64,000 bases of DNA from Patescibacteria group bacterium (GCA_023380635.1 JAMCRP010000001.1:173305-237304); one strand, 5' to 3'; shown: positions 48,191-59,014, counted from the first letter of the stretch. Program-made: numbers and translations. Notes: generated from the sequence alone by a model not told the origin.

Positions 48191-49289
48191 GAATCGTCAA
48201 CTTATACATTGAGAGCATGTCTTTTTTGATTTTTTCTAATTCACCATCAATTAAGACAAGTTTTCTTCCCGCTAACGCCATTTTTTGATATTTTTGCGGG
48301 TGACGCAAAATTTCCACGATTCCTTCAGCCATTTTTTTAACATTACCCACCGGAACCACATAGCCGGTTTTGTTCTGAATCACAATCTCGCCGGCGCAAC
48401 CGGTATTGGTCATTATTACCGGCGTTCCCCGGGCCAGAGCCTCTAAACAAACCAACGCCCAGCCTTCATGATTACTGGAAAGAGCAAATAAAGAAGCTTT
48501 CTCCACTATTTTTTTAATTTCATCCGGCTTCTTCCAGCCTAAGACATTTGCCCCATCTCCGATATTTTTCCGCTCTTCTCCATCCCCCACAATCCATAAT
48601 TCTATATTAGGTATTTGCTTTCTGGCTATATTGACCGCCTCTACTAATGACGGAAAATTTTTCTGTTTAGCTATCCGGCCAACTGTAACAATTAGATCTT
48701 TCTGGCGTTTAGCTTTTTTTACCGGTCTGAGAAACTCTTCGTTGATTCTTACGCCAACATAGCCAATCTTATTCTTCAAACCCGGATACCTGCGTTTAAT
48801 ATCATCGCGAATGTGGTTGTTCCTTGCTCTGACGCTGTCTGCCTGAGTCAAAACCAGTAATCCCAAATAATAGAGAAAGCGGTTAAACAGCGACTCTTCC
48901 CTAAAATACCGGCTGTTAAAAAACTCGCTATGGATTTGAATATTCAAAGGATACTTGAGAAACCGTTTAACTAAAATCCCGGCAACCCCGGTAGCAAACG
49001 GATCCTGGGCGCTGATTAAATCAAATTTTGTATCGATATCCCGGACAATTTTTAGGGTATCCAGAACATAACTAAATTTATTTGTACTGTTTGTGGGGAT
49101 TATTTTTAAATTCCTCCGGCTAACGGCTCTTTTATTTTCTTTCTCCAAAGTAAAAACAATGACCGTTAAACCGGAAAGAGCGGAAGCATAAAATTGGTGC
49201 CGTCGGAAGACATCAGAGGTGGGGTCAAATAAACATTTATCCAGACTAATTGTTAGAACGTTCATAGTTAACACTAAGATCAGAAACAA
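48171..49289 (-). CDS. GT4 glycosyltransferase
   Basis: C-terminal HEGWALVCLEALARGTPVI. Confidence 0.8.
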   Translation of the reverse strand: MFLILVLTMNVLTISLDKCLFDPTSDVFRRHQFYASALSGLTVIVFTLEKENKRAVSRRNLKIIPTNSTNKFSYVLDTLKIVRDIDTKFDLISAQDPFATGVAGILVKRFLKYPLNIQIHSEFFNSRYFREESLFNRFLYYLGLLVLTQADSVRARNNHIRDDIKRRYPGLKNKIGYVGVRINEEFLRPVKKAKRQKDLIVTVGRIAKQKNFPSLVEAVNIARKQIPNIELWIVGDGEERKNIGDGANVLGWKKPDEIKKIVEKASLFALSSNHEGWALVCLEALARGTPVIMTNTGCAGEIVIQNKTGYVVPVGNVKKMAEGIVEILRHPQKYQKMALAGRKLVLIDGELEKIKKDMLSMYKLTIHDTNYN

Positions 49290-50913
49290 CTATCCGCCAT
49301 TGATCCGTTACCCCCGGACGGGCGGAACATAAGCTATACTTTGACTTATATGCTGTCCCTAAATAGAACTCCTTGATTTTATCATTTAGTCCAAGATAAC
49401 GCCGGAGTTGTAAGGGGTGATTGTTTAAATCCACGTTAAGGCAGCTTCGGTTCGTATAAGCCGCTGTCAAATTGGCTTGCAAACTTTTCCAGCCCCGATC
49501 TTCAAGAAAGCCCCTGGTTGTTAGGGAAAAATTCCGCCTAAGATTAGCCAACGGGGGAGGATAAGTTTCTGTAAAGCGTTCACTAACTTTAAAACTAGTG
49601 TTAAAGAATGTAGAGCCGGTATAAATTGCTGAATAACAAATTAAAACAGCAAGCAATAGCCAAAATCTTTTGAAACTAAAAACCAGAGTTACAATTAACG
49701 GAACAGTTAAAAAATAAAGATAATAAACCCTTATACCGTTGGAGAGAAAAAAAGCCGTAGTTACAAATATTAACGTGAGAATAAATTTGTTTGGTTTCAA
49801 AACTAGACTTACAGCAAAGGCTAAAAACAGAATGAGCCCATACTGGTCAGTAAGAATCGACAAAAAATTATAAACATTCTGCAATGGTGAGAATTGCACC
49901 ATCGAAGCTCCTGGATTCGTTGGCGTGTGAAAGATCCTTGAAAAAAATATATCCATGTAACCTGTAGAAAGATAAGCGCCAAGATTGTAAACAATTACTG
50001 GAAGAAACATCAGTAAAAAAATTGTCAGAAACCTTGCCCGAAACTTGGTAAAAAGCAGAGCAACCGGAACAAAAATAACCGCCACTGCCTTTACTAACAT
50101 TGCTCCTCCCAAAAAAATTGAACTTAAAATAAGATACTCATTTTTCTTTGTTTTTAAATGCCGGGTATAGAAGTAAAGAAACAAAACTAGATAAAAACCT
50201 AAAAACATTTCCCGTTGGAAAATTCTGCTTAGAAAAACGTGATAATTGTTTACGGCTAACAAAAGTGCACCTAAAAATGCTAATTTTTGGTCTTCTGCAA
50301 TCTCTAAAATTAAATAATAAGTTACTCCAACAGTAATGACCCCTAACATTGCCGGGGCAGCACGATACATCCAGTCAGATAAAAGATCCAATCCATGTGG
50401 TTCTAGAATTTGCATAGTAAAGTGCTGGATATACATTGTTAAGGGTGGATGAGCTGAAAAAGATAAAACATACGCTTTCCTCCCGGCAAAAATACCGTCT
50501 ACAAGGTTATAAGCTTGATAACCGAGATCGTACTCATCACTATTTAAATCCGCACGGTTAAGCTGGTAAAAAGAAAAGAAAACCGAAACTAAAATTGGAA
50601 TAACTACTAGCCAGTTAATCTTTAAGTTCAGTTTGAGAGTCTCTTTCTTTTTAACGAAGAAAACTAACAACCAGGCTAAAAGATGTAAGCCAACAAGCAT
50701 CATCAGATCTCCTGACAAATGTGGACCAAAAATCGCTGCCGCACTCTGGCCCTCCCGTAAGACATTTAAAAATCCTGCCGGATAAGTCAAAAGAAGACTT
50801 AGACCAATAGAGCTGAAAATCCTTTCCGCCCAAGATTTGGGGTTATCTAAAAGTAAAAGACTTAACGGGTAGCCGGAAAATAAGTAAACAAAAAATAAAA
50901 GTATCGGTGTCAT
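49246..50913 (-). CDS. GT-C fold glycosyltransferase (PMT_2/ArnT-like)
   Basis: Polytopic, with NSDEYDLGYQ acidic motif. The start is set at ATG 50913-50911, which overlaps the upstream TGA (ATGA). Confidence 0.6.
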   Translation of the reverse strand: MTPILLFFVYLFSGYPLSLLLLDNPKSWAERIFSSIGLSLLLTYPAGFLNVLREGQSAAAIFGPHLSGDLMMLVGLHLLAWLLVFFVKKKETLKLNLKINWLVVIPILVSVFFSFYQLNRADLNSDEYDLGYQAYNLVDGIFAGRKAYVLSFSAHPPLTMYIQHFTMQILEPHGLDLLSDWMYRAAPAMLGVITVGVTYYLILEIAEDQKLAFLGALLLAVNNYHVFLSRIFQREMFLGFYLVLFLYFYTRHLKTKKNEYLILSSIFLGGAMLVKAVAVIFVPVALLFTKFRARFLTIFLLMFLPVIVYNLGAYLSTGYMDIFFSRIFHTPTNPGASMVQFSPLQNVYNFLSILTDQYGLILFLAFAVSLVLKPNKFILTLIFVTTAFFLSNGIRVYYLYFLTVPLIVTLVFSFKRFWLLLAVLICYSAIYTGSTFFNTSFKVSERFTETYPPPLANLRRNFSLTTRGFLEDRGWKSLQANLTAAYTNRSCLNVDLNNHPLQLRRYLGLNDKIKEFYLGTAYKSKYSLCSARPGVTDQWRIVVSDLSVNYERSNN

Positions 50914-51986
50914 CAGGCTAGTTGTATTAAATGCTCTTCGACTTTCCGGGAGATGTTGCCCCAATCGTATTTTTCTGCTACCAGCATTCTGGCGTTTCTG
51001 ACTAATTTCTCGCGTAACTTGGAGTCTTTATATATTTTCTCTATTGCTTGGGCCAACCCAGTGGGATCGTCGGGAGTTACCAATAAACCAGTCTTATTGT
51101 TATCAAGGAAATCGATTATCCCTCCAACCGGGGTGCCGATTACCGGTATCCCGGCCGCCATCGCTTCAATAAAAGAATTCCCGAAACCCTCAAAACGGGA
51201 TGGTCGAACAAACAAATCACTCTTAGCCAATAATTGCGGGATCTTCTCCGAATCAACGCGGCCCAGAAAAACTATTTTATCGGTTAGGCCTAGTTTAGTT
51301 ACTAAATTTTCCAGCTCCCGTCTTTGCGGTCCTTCGCCGGCAACAGTTAATTCAAAAGGTATATCCAGGTCCCCGCAGGCTTCAATCAGGGTGTCAATGC
51401 CATTACGCGGTATCAATGATGACGTTGTAATAATTTTGATTTTTGAATTTTTTTGAGATTGGGAATTTTGAACTTGAAACTTGGCAGTGTCTACACCATT
51501 AGGTATTATCACCACTTTTTTGGCACCGTATTTTTTTGCTAAACCGGCGCTATAGCTGCTGACCGCAGCGACAGTATCCATGTATCTTAGCGGAAACATC
51601 AGCACGGTATTAAACATCGGGCCTAAATATTTCTGAAAGACTTGGGCCGCCCGCCCTTTGCCCACCCATTCTTCCGTGGCCAGGTTTGGGTTCTGGCAGG
51701 TGACATAGACCGGTTTTCGCGTTAAAAGTTTTAGAAATAAACCGGCCCAACACAAATATTCCTGTTTTAACCAGATGATGTCAAACTTTTCCTTTAAAAC
51801 CTCGGGGATAACAAAAATTGAGTACGTCAGCCAGCTAAGATTGGGAATTTTCGGGTAAGAGATTTCGTTTATTAGTGTTACCTTCTCAAAACTTGGAGCT
51901 ATCCGTTTTAAAACTTCAACGAAATGCGCCTCGGCGCCGCCAATTTTTTTTGGATCGAAACCTCCGCCAATTGCCAGAAGCTTCAT
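50913..51986 (-). CDS. GT4 glycosyltransferase
   Basis: GGAEAHFVEV...FEGFGNSFIEAMAAGIPVI. An A8 tract lies in codons 12-14. Confidence 0.8.
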   Translation of the reverse strand: MKLLAIGGGFDPKKIGGAEAHFVEVLKRIAPSFEKVTLINEISYPKIPNLSWLTYSIFVIPEVLKEKFDIIWLKQEYLCWAGLFLKLLTRKPVYVTCQNPNLATEEWVGKGRAAQVFQKYLGPMFNTVLMFPLRYMDTVAAVSSYSAGLAKKYGAKKVVIIPNGVDTAKFQVQNSQSQKNSKIKIITTSSLIPRNGIDTLIEACGDLDIPFELTVAGEGPQRRELENLVTKLGLTDKIVFLGRVDSEKIPQLLAKSDLFVRPSRFEGFGNSFIEAMAAGIPVIGTPVGGIIDFLDNNKTGLLVTPDDPTGLAQAIEKIYKDSKLREKLVRNARMLVAEKYDWGNISRKVEEHLIQLA

Positions 51987-53305
51987 TTGTTTTCTCCTTT
52001 TAGGGAAATTCTTCCTCCGGGATAGTAATAGATGGTCTTATACGACGGATTTATCTCGCTTGGGTCAAGAGTATAAATCACCGGCCGGTTGGCGTAATAG
52101 GAGGCAAACCAGCCGTCGAAGGGAACGCTGGGGTCAAAACTGACAACTTGCACTTTGTCCGTCGGCATTGTGTTGGCTCCGGCATATTCCCCAATCCTCG
52201 CGCTCTCGCGGTATAAACTGCTGTCTTCCAAGGCCATAATAAAATTCCAACGCGCGGCAATCATCACCACCACAAGCAAAGCGACAAGCCAATAAGGCCG
52301 GATAACCAGGGCCGTAGACAAGGCTAGAAAAGGCCAAAAATAGATCAGCAGATAATCATGTCGGGAAGCCGCGTCGCGAAAAACCAGGGGATAAATTACC
52401 GCGTACATCAAAAATAAGATAGTAATTCTATTTCTTTTCCAAACCAAGCCAATAGCAGCCAGAGGCACCAACAAAAAGTAATAAGCCCACGACCAGCTGG
52501 CCAAAGTTCTTACATACCAGACCATATTAACCCCGGATGTTCTTAACAGAAATATTTCCCGCAAGCCTCCGCCAAAAAAATCGTTGGTCACAAAGTGGTC
52601 ATGGAGTAAGTGGATGCCAAACAGGGCCGGGGCGGTAATAAAAAGCAGCAGATATTTTTTATTCCAGGATTTTGTCAAAAAAGCATGGAGGGCAATCGCC
52701 GGCACGAGGAAAAATCCCGGCCAGGTTAAAAGTTCAGCCGCGGTAATGGCCGCAAACATGGGCCAGAATTTTTTGTTCAGATAAAACCAGAAGGAGAGCA
52801 GAACAAAAAACATCAAAGGAATCTCGTGGACGGGCATTTTTCCAAAATAGATAAACATTGGAGTTACCAGCCAGAAAAAAGAAGCGATGATTGCCGTTTT
52901 TCGATCTAAGAATTTCTCGGCAATTTTATAAAAGACAGCTATTGCCCCCAGCGAGAAAACCATGGCCATCAGCCGCGAAACCCAGTTGGCTATCCCGAAG
53001 ACTTTAAAAAAGAGGGCCCACAACAAAGCGAAGGCAGGCAGGAAATGGAAATTATAATCGTATTCTAATAGGTTGTTTACCGGTCCCGCGTTGAGGGTCA
53101 TGGCGAAAGAGGTTTTAAACGGACCGTTGACAGCGAAATTTTTGGCCACCTGTCCCCAATACACCCCATTCCAGTCATGATGTCCCCAGAAAGGTTTATT
53201 GAGGTTGTAGCTTAGAATAAGCGTGGCTGTAAGAAGAATAATAAACAGCGGCGACCTTATCCCAGGAATAGTTTTTCTTAACAAATTCGTAACCGTTTTC
53301 ACCAT
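51983..53305 (-). CDS. polytopic membrane protein, GT-C-like
   Basis: About 11 TM, with GHHDWNGVYW after TM1. Confidence 0.5.
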   Translation of the reverse strand: MVKTVTNLLRKTIPGIRSPLFIILLTATLILSYNLNKPFWGHHDWNGVYWGQVAKNFAVNGPFKTSFAMTLNAGPVNNLLEYDYNFHFLPAFALLWALFFKVFGIANWVSRLMAMVFSLGAIAVFYKIAEKFLDRKTAIIASFFWLVTPMFIYFGKMPVHEIPLMFFVLLSFWFYLNKKFWPMFAAITAAELLTWPGFFLVPAIALHAFLTKSWNKKYLLLFITAPALFGIHLLHDHFVTNDFFGGGLREIFLLRTSGVNMVWYVRTLASWSWAYYFLLVPLAAIGLVWKRNRITILFLMYAVIYPLVFRDAASRHDYLLIYFWPFLALSTALVIRPYWLVALLVVVMIAARWNFIMALEDSSLYRESARIGEYAGANTMPTDKVQVVSFDPSVPFDGWFASYYANRPVIYTLDPSEINPSYKTIYYYPGGRISLKGENK

Positions 53306-54164
53306 AATTCTTCTTATCCTTAATTATAACCCGAATAGCGTCCGCCAACTGGACGGCATTCCCGGGCGCCACTATTAATCCACATTTTGCTGTCTCAATC
53401 AATTTTTTACAATCCCCGACATCAGTGGCCACTATGGGCAGCTTGCTGGCCATAGCTTCCAGAAGAACTATTGGCAGTCCTTCAGACAGTGACGGCAAGA
53501 CAAAAAGATCCGCCTGTTTGAAGCGTTGTATCTTCTCCCGGCCGTAAATCCCGTCGGCCAGATCCAGCTCAACTTTGGGATTATCAATCTTTTTAACGGC
53601 TTCCTCCAGAAATCTGACTCCTTTTACCGGATCGTATTTCCGCCCGATCCAAAATATCCTGAACTTAGCCGGGTCCTTCTTTGCTTTGACAGCATCGAAT
53701 TCTTTGATATTAATCCCATTGCTCACAGTCAAATAACCATCCAGGTTGCCAGCAGAAAAACGATAATCAAACGGCCAAACCCGAAGGACCAGCCATAACC
53801 ACAATCGGCCAATTCCCAGACTGTCCAGTAGTCCTCCGCCAACCATTTTTTTCCCCAGTCCGTGGACAGTAACCGCTGTTTTTTTGTCCCGCAATTTTAC
53901 AATCGGCAGAAAGGCACTTGTGGAAAAATTATGGCTATGATAAATATCGTAGTCAGAGGTAAATAAGAATCTTAAAACCCAAAAGGCGAACCAGACCCGG
54001 TGGAAAAAATTAGAAAACTTAAACTTTGGATTAATAAGCGTCGGGGCGATAATATCAACCTGATACTCATATTTTTCTTTCAGGATTTTTGCAACCTGCT
54101 TAACATGTTCCTGACCGCCGCCCCAAACCGGCAGCCAGGCATCGGTCAGCATGCAAATTTTCAT
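53196..54164 (-). CDS. GT4-like glycosyltransferase
   Basis: SEGLPIVLLEAMASKLPIV. Confidence 0.7.
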   Translation of the reverse strand: MKICMLTDAWLPVWGGGQEHVKQVAKILKEKYEYQVDIIAPTLINPKFKFSNFFHRVWFAFWVLRFLFTSDYDIYHSHNFSTSAFLPIVKLRDKKTAVTVHGLGKKMVGGGLLDSLGIGRLWLWLVLRVWPFDYRFSAGNLDGYLTVSNGINIKEFDAVKAKKDPAKFRIFWIGRKYDPVKGVRFLEEAVKKIDNPKVELDLADGIYGREKIQRFKQADLFVLPSLSEGLPIVLLEAMASKLPIVATDVGDCKKLIETAKCGLIVAPGNAVQLADAIRVIIKDKKNYGENGYEFVKKNYSWDKVAAVYYSSYSHAYSKLQPQ

Positions 54165-55294
54165 ATTTCTTTAGCGTATACCCGCAAAGTTTCTCCGGCG
54201 GCAGTTTCCAGAGTATTTGCGCCGGCAAACCGTGTGGCTCTTTCCTTTAATTTCTGGTATTTATTTTTATCTTTAACCAACTCTTCCAACTTATCAGCTA
54301 AGTCCCGCGGATCGCCGGTTTTAAAAAGCAGCCCAGCCTGGCTTTTTTGGGCGATTTCCTGATTAACGGGGATATCACTATTCACAAACGGCAAACCGCA
54401 GCCGGCCGCTTCCAGAGTTACGATTCCGAAGCCTTCAATGGCCGACGGCAAGCAAAAAATTTGGCTTTGCGCCATTTGTTTTAACACCTCTTCATGAGGA
54501 AGGTTTCCCAAAAACCGCACCTGGTTTTTGACCCCCAGGTTTTCTGCTAGTTTTTCCAGCTTACTCTTCTGTGGCCCGTCGCCAACAATTTTGTATGCCA
54601 AAATAATTCCCCGTTTTTTAAGTTCCGAAATTGCTTTAATAACCGTGTCGTTATGCTTATATCCGACCAGACGATTGACCGAGATTATCTCTTTTATTGG
54701 ATTCAATTTTTTGTTATTGGAAATTACTTCAATCCCAGGATAAATAACAGAAATCTTTGAAGCTTTTATCCCTTTTTTCTCCAGTTTTTCCCGGGTCATT
54801 TCACTTAGGGCAATGTAATTATCGGCCCTGATAGTAAAACCCAGCCATTCGTTAACAAAATTAACAGAACCATTTATCAAACCCAAGGCCTTAACCCAGC
54901 CCCGAAAGCCCAAAATATCCGGAACCCAATAGACCAATTTCTTTCTTTTCAATCTGGCAATTAAAAAAGAGGCCACATAAACTGCGGTGTTGTTGGCGTC
55001 AACTACCTCAAAATCAGTTTTGAGGCCGTTAGGAATTAAACTTAAAGCAAAAAGGAGTCGGGAAAGATCAGAACCGGATTGAACATAACTATATTTCGGG
55101 CCGATTCTTATAACTTTGATTCCGCTCCAATTATCGTTCCTGCCAGTTCCCGGTAAATTGGCCGTTAACACTGTTACCTCATGCCCGCTCTTTGCCAATT
55201 GTTTAGCCAGATAATAAGTCCGCGTTTCGCAGCCGCCGGTAATTTCGCCCCCGTCTTCAACCGGAAAAAACTCGGAAAGCAGAAGAATCTTCAT
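54161..55294 (-). CDS. GT4 glycosyltransferase
   Basis: MKILLLSEFFPVEDGGEITGG...IEGFGIVTLEAAGCGLPFV. Confidence 0.8.
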   Translation of the reverse strand: MKILLLSEFFPVEDGGEITGGCETRTYYLAKQLAKSGHEVTVLTANLPGTGRNDNWSGIKVIRIGPKYSYVQSGSDLSRLLFALSLIPNGLKTDFEVVDANNTAVYVASFLIARLKRKKLVYWVPDILGFRGWVKALGLINGSVNFVNEWLGFTIRADNYIALSEMTREKLEKKGIKASKISVIYPGIEVISNNKKLNPIKEIISVNRLVGYKHNDTVIKAISELKKRGIILAYKIVGDGPQKSKLEKLAENLGVKNQVRFLGNLPHEEVLKQMAQSQIFCLPSAIEGFGIVTLEAAGCGLPFVNSDIPVNQEIAQKSQAGLLFKTGDPRDLADKLEELVKDKNKYQKLKERATRFAGANTLETAAGETLRVYAKEI

Positions 55295-55298
55295 AGGG

Positions 55299-55625
55299 CT
55301 ATTTCTTGTCCTGAAGCGCGATCTTGCGAACCAGTTCCGTGATTTCGTGGCGAATATCTTCCATGAGAACGTATGCCCGGAACATGAGATAGAAAAGAGT
55401 AACTATCGACGCATAAACAATTAAGTCCACTCCCCGACCGATTCCCAAAAACTGGGCAAAGTGAGTAGTTTCGTTGGGAAAAACTACTACTGTGATCGCC
55501 CCGCTGAAAAGGATAGCCCAAAACCCAAATTCAGCCACCGACACCTTGTGGTCACGTAAACGGAGAAACACCCGGCTAAGGGCAAACAGCAGAGAGACGA
55601 TTAAGATGATCTGAATTATATTCAT
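55299..55625 (-). CDS. small 3-TM membrane protein associated with the DPM1-like GT2 (DUF2304-like or GtrA-like role inferred)
   Basis: 108 aa. Its ATG overlaps the GT2 TGA stop (ATGA). Confidence 0.45.
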   Translation of the reverse strand: MNIIQIILIVSLLFALSRVFLRLRDHKVSVAEFGFWAILFSGAITVVVFPNETTHFAQFLGIGRGVDLIVYASIVTLFYLMFRAYVLMEDIRHEITELVRKIALQDKK

Positions 55626-56299
55626 CGAAATAATCTTAAGAGCATGCCTTTGCCCACGCTTACAGCCTGCCAAAGCGACGGGTCGTTATGCGAATGGTTC
55701 TGGCTGTATTCAGTATAAATCGGTTTAATGGAAATTTCCTTTAACCTTAAATTATTGCGCCTGATTTCCATAAAAAACTCGTTGCTGACTTCCATTCTAT
55801 CAGTTTTAATGGCTATTTTTTCAATCGCTTGTCGGTTGAAAGCCCTAAGCCCAGAAGTCGTATCGGTTGTCCAGATGTGGTACAGCAGTAAAGTCGCAAG
55901 GTTGCTGGCATAATTGACTGCTGTCCGGGCCAACGGCATACCCCGGGGATTAATCAGCCGGCTGCCGATAACGACATCCGCTTGTTCGTTTTTAATTGGT
56001 AATATCAGCTTTTCCAAATCTTTAGCCTTATGTTGCCCGTCTCCATCGAAAGTAATCAATAATTCGTGGCCCTTGCGCCGGGCATACTCAAACCCGGTTC
56101 CCAGCGCCGCCCCCAGACCTCGGTTGACCACATGCCGCAAAACCGTTGCTTTTTTCTCCGCCGCAACCTTACTGGTCTGATCCGTGGAGCCATCGTCTAC
56201 AACCAGAATATCTCTATAACCATAAGATTGGAGATCACCAATCACTTCGCCAATTTTCTTTTCTTCATTATGAGCCGGAACCACAATTAAAGTTTTCAT
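55622..56299 (-). CDS. GT2 polyprenyl-phosphate sugar synthase (DPM1/GtrB-like)
   Basis: LIVVPAHNEEKKIGEVI...ILVVDDGSTDQT...ITFDGDGQH. A soluble GT2 of the dolichyl-P-mannose synthase type. Confidence 0.75.
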   Translation of the reverse strand: MKTLIVVPAHNEEKKIGEVIGDLQSYGYRDILVVDDGSTDQTSKVAAEKKATVLRHVVNRGLGAALGTGFEYARRKGHELLITFDGDGQHKAKDLEKLILPIKNEQADVVIGSRLINPRGMPLARTAVNYASNLATLLLYHIWTTDTTSGLRAFNRQAIEKIAIKTDRMEVSNEFFMEIRRNNLRLKEISIKPIYTEYSQNHSHNDPSLWQAVSVGKGMLLRLFR

Positions 56300-57336
56300 C
56301 AGCTAACCCAATAGCCACGGGTAAAAAGCGCGGTAAGTATCCCCAATAGTACAACAAAAAAAGACAAAATTGCCAGCTTAAGGCGGGTATTTTTTATTGC
56401 AGCCAGGCCGATATAGATCGGAAAAATTGTTAACAGGTATCGTGGCATGGAAGAAAGCGTCCCCGAAAACGATGGTAATAAAAAGGCCGCCCAGGAGAAA
56501 ATTGCCCAGGAAACGGGTATTTTCCTTCGCGCGGATAACCAAAACAGGACTGCGGCTCCAAAAAGAAAAGCAACGAATTCCAGACCGGCGATCCAATAAT
56601 CATAATGGGCGGGGTTGGCCGTAAAAAATATTTTCAAATAGCGAAACAGGACCTGTAAAGGATTAACGAGGGTTGAAAACGAGTCCGCGCGGCCGTTTTG
56701 GAAAGCACTTTGGGCTGATAGGAAAAACAGCGGTTTCCCAAAGCGAATTCCCAGGTACAATGAATATGCCGCCAATCCCAACCAGGCAAACGGATGGAGA
56801 AAAGATCCGACCAGCCGCGTCGCCCCGGCGGGGATGCTGAAAAATTTTGAATAGGAATAGGTCAGCAAAACCAGGAGGAGAAAAAACGATTCCGTATAGA
56901 TTGCGCCGAAGAAAAATGATGTCGGGAAAGCAAACAAAAAAGCCACCGCCCATTTATTTTTTGTGAGGCTATACAACACTATGGCTGCCAAAAGAATCGA
57001 AAGATTGGAAATGAGCAGACCGGCAACAAGAGGATTTAGAAAATTGGAGAAGAGGTTCATCAGCATCGGGTATAAAGGAAAAAAGACTTGAGTCCCAAAA
57101 CCGTCATAGCCGTTTTTCGCCAGCATAAGGTAATGGACACCATCAAAACTCCCCCACTGCCACAGCCACTGTGGCAGCCCGCTGCCTTTAAGAATGGTAT
57201 CAAAATAAGGAAAGCTGCCTTTAAATGGCAAATACCTTATCCCCAGGTACTCAAAAAACAGCAAACCAAACCGCCAAACTGCAAATATGACAAGAATAAA
57301 GGCATTATCACGCCAGAATTTTTTCATAGACTTCAT
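56299..57336 (-). CDS. GT-C mannosyltransferase-like membrane protein (PIG-V/GT76-like; family unverified)
   Basis: WGSFDGVHYLMLAKNGY...FFPLYP resembles Mannosyl_trans2. Polytopic. Start is uncertain because the longer ORF overlaps the upstream GT4. Confidence 0.45.
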   Translation of the reverse strand: MKSMKKFWRDNAFILVIFAVWRFGLLFFEYLGIRYLPFKGSFPYFDTILKGSGLPQWLWQWGSFDGVHYLMLAKNGYDGFGTQVFFPLYPMLMNLFSNFLNPLVAGLLISNLSILLAAIVLYSLTKNKWAVAFLFAFPTSFFFGAIYTESFFLLLVLLTYSYSKFFSIPAGATRLVGSFLHPFAWLGLAAYSLYLGIRFGKPLFFLSAQSAFQNGRADSFSTLVNPLQVLFRYLKIFFTANPAHYDYWIAGLEFVAFLFGAAVLFWLSARRKIPVSWAIFSWAAFLLPSFSGTLSSMPRYLLTIFPIYIGLAAIKNTRLKLAILSFFVVLLGILTALFTRGYWVS

Positions 57337-58264
57337 AGGTTTGTTTTGCCGTTTTCGTCCAGGAAAACTTGGCCGCCTGAGCCAACTCTTTTCCAGATGG
57401 TTTAACCGCAACTATCTTATCAGCCATATCGTCAACATCTGTTACATCAGTATAGGTAGCCGCGTCGCCGGCAATTTCCGGCAGACTGCCATTTTTACCG
57501 CAAATGACCGGTGTCCCGCAGGCCATCGCTTCCAGAACCGGCAGTCCAAAACCCTCATAGATTGACGGTTGAACATAGACTTTTGCCCGGTTATAAAGTT
57601 TAACCAGCTCTGAAGTTTCCACAAATCCCCTGGCGATGACATTTTTACCGTCAATAAAAGACTGTACTTCTTTCAATGACCGGGCTTCGATATTGTTTCC
57701 CGCCGTCTGGGTAAACTCCTTTCCTACCAGCACGAGAGGAATATTAACCTTCCGGCAGGCCTCTACCAGAGGAACAACATTTTTATTCCAATTGCCACCG
57801 CCAACGTAAAGAACAAAGTTTTCTCTTTTTATTTTTAGCGGTTTAAAGGCTTCATCGGGGGCTAGATAAGTTACTTGTGACTGTAAACCTATTATTTGTT
57901 GAATATCTTTTTTCGAGCAAACAGAATCTGTGAGGATAGCGTCTACTTTACTTAAAAGAAACCGTTGCCAAGGCCAAACGATCTTTGCCCGCAACCCAAA
58001 TGGATAATGCTCAGGAAATTTTAGAGGGGTTACATCATGCAGTGTCACCACCGTTTTAGCAGTAGTAATTGGTGAAAGCGTCGGCCAGGAAAAATCAAAA
58101 TAGGGATAATGGACAATGTCAAATCCTGTAGTGGGTACATACGGTACATCAATCCAACGAACATCAACCAAAGGTTGCAAAGCTTCAAAGAGCCGCTTGG
58201 CATAAAAGCCAACACCCCTCACGGAGTGCCCCACTATCGGAGGTTTTACCATGGCAACTCTCAT
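57308..58264 (-). CDS. GT4 glycosyltransferase
   Basis: EGFGLPVLEAMACGTPVI. Confidence 0.8.
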   Translation of the reverse strand: MRVAMVKPPIVGHSVRGVGFYAKRLFEALQPLVDVRWIDVPYVPTTGFDIVHYPYFDFSWPTLSPITTAKTVVTLHDVTPLKFPEHYPFGLRAKIVWPWQRFLLSKVDAILTDSVCSKKDIQQIIGLQSQVTYLAPDEAFKPLKIKRENFVLYVGGGNWNKNVVPLVEACRKVNIPLVLVGKEFTQTAGNNIEARSLKEVQSFIDGKNVIARGFVETSELVKLYNRAKVYVQPSIYEGFGLPVLEAMACGTPVICGKNGSLPEIAGDAATYTDVTDVDDMADKIVAVKPSGKELAQAAKFSWTKTAKQTYEVYEKILA

Positions 58265-59013
58265 ATCTTTTTTTCTATGCTTTTAAAATATGCTACGGGA
58301 AATAGTAACGCCTGAAACAGGGCCCAAACAAAACCTGGAAAACCGTCAAGAAAACCCAGGTGGCGAAAATACACAATTACAAACCCCTGCAAAGGGTCAA
58401 AGAGGGGCCGCCAGAAAAGATATTGGAACCAGCCGCCGTTAACTTCTTTTGCCATAATGTCTGAATACCGGTTAAAGCGCCGGTCCAGATAGACGCCAAA
58501 AGTCGGGTTATTGTAGTGGAGCAAATCATTTTTCAAGTAGCCTGTTTTTCCTTCAACCACTGCTTGTTCATGAACGCTTTTTGCCGGAAGATTACCCTTA
58601 CCCCGGCGGTATAATCGCATAGTATAGTCTGGGTAAGTTCCGCCTTTTTTTAAAAAACGGCCGAGGAAAAAATTTGCCCGGGGAATCCAGAAACCGTTTT
58701 CTTCCGGGATACTCTCAAGAGTATCTGCAATTTCCTTCTTCAGCGCCGGACTGACGACTTCATCGGCATCCAGTTGCAAAATCCATTCGCCGGTGGCCGC
58801 GTCATTGGCCATTCTTTTGTTAATGTGGAAATTAGGCTTGTTAGTAGTGGATATTACTTTAGCTTTATATTTTTTAGCGATTTCGACTGTTCTATCCAGA
58901 GATTTTCCATCTGCAATTACGATTTCATCAGCGATGTCCTTTACTGAATCCAGACAACGGGGCAAAAATTTTTCCTCATTAAAAGTGGCCAAGGTGACCG
59001 AAAGTTTAGTCAT
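58261..59013 (-). CDS. GT2 glycosyltransferase
   Basis: LSVTLATFNEEKFLPRCLDSV...LQLDADEVV. Confidence 0.75.
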   Translation of the reverse strand: MTKLSVTLATFNEEKFLPRCLDSVKDIADEIVIADGKSLDRTVEIAKKYKAKVISTTNKPNFHINKRMANDAATGEWILQLDADEVVSPALKKEIADTLESIPEENGFWIPRANFFLGRFLKKGGTYPDYTMRLYRRGKGNLPAKSVHEQAVVEGKTGYLKNDLLHYNNPTFGVYLDRRFNRYSDIMAKEVNGGWFQYLFWRPLFDPLQGFVIVYFRHLGFLDGFPGFVWALFQALLFPVAYFKSIEKKI

Positions 59014-59014
59014 A

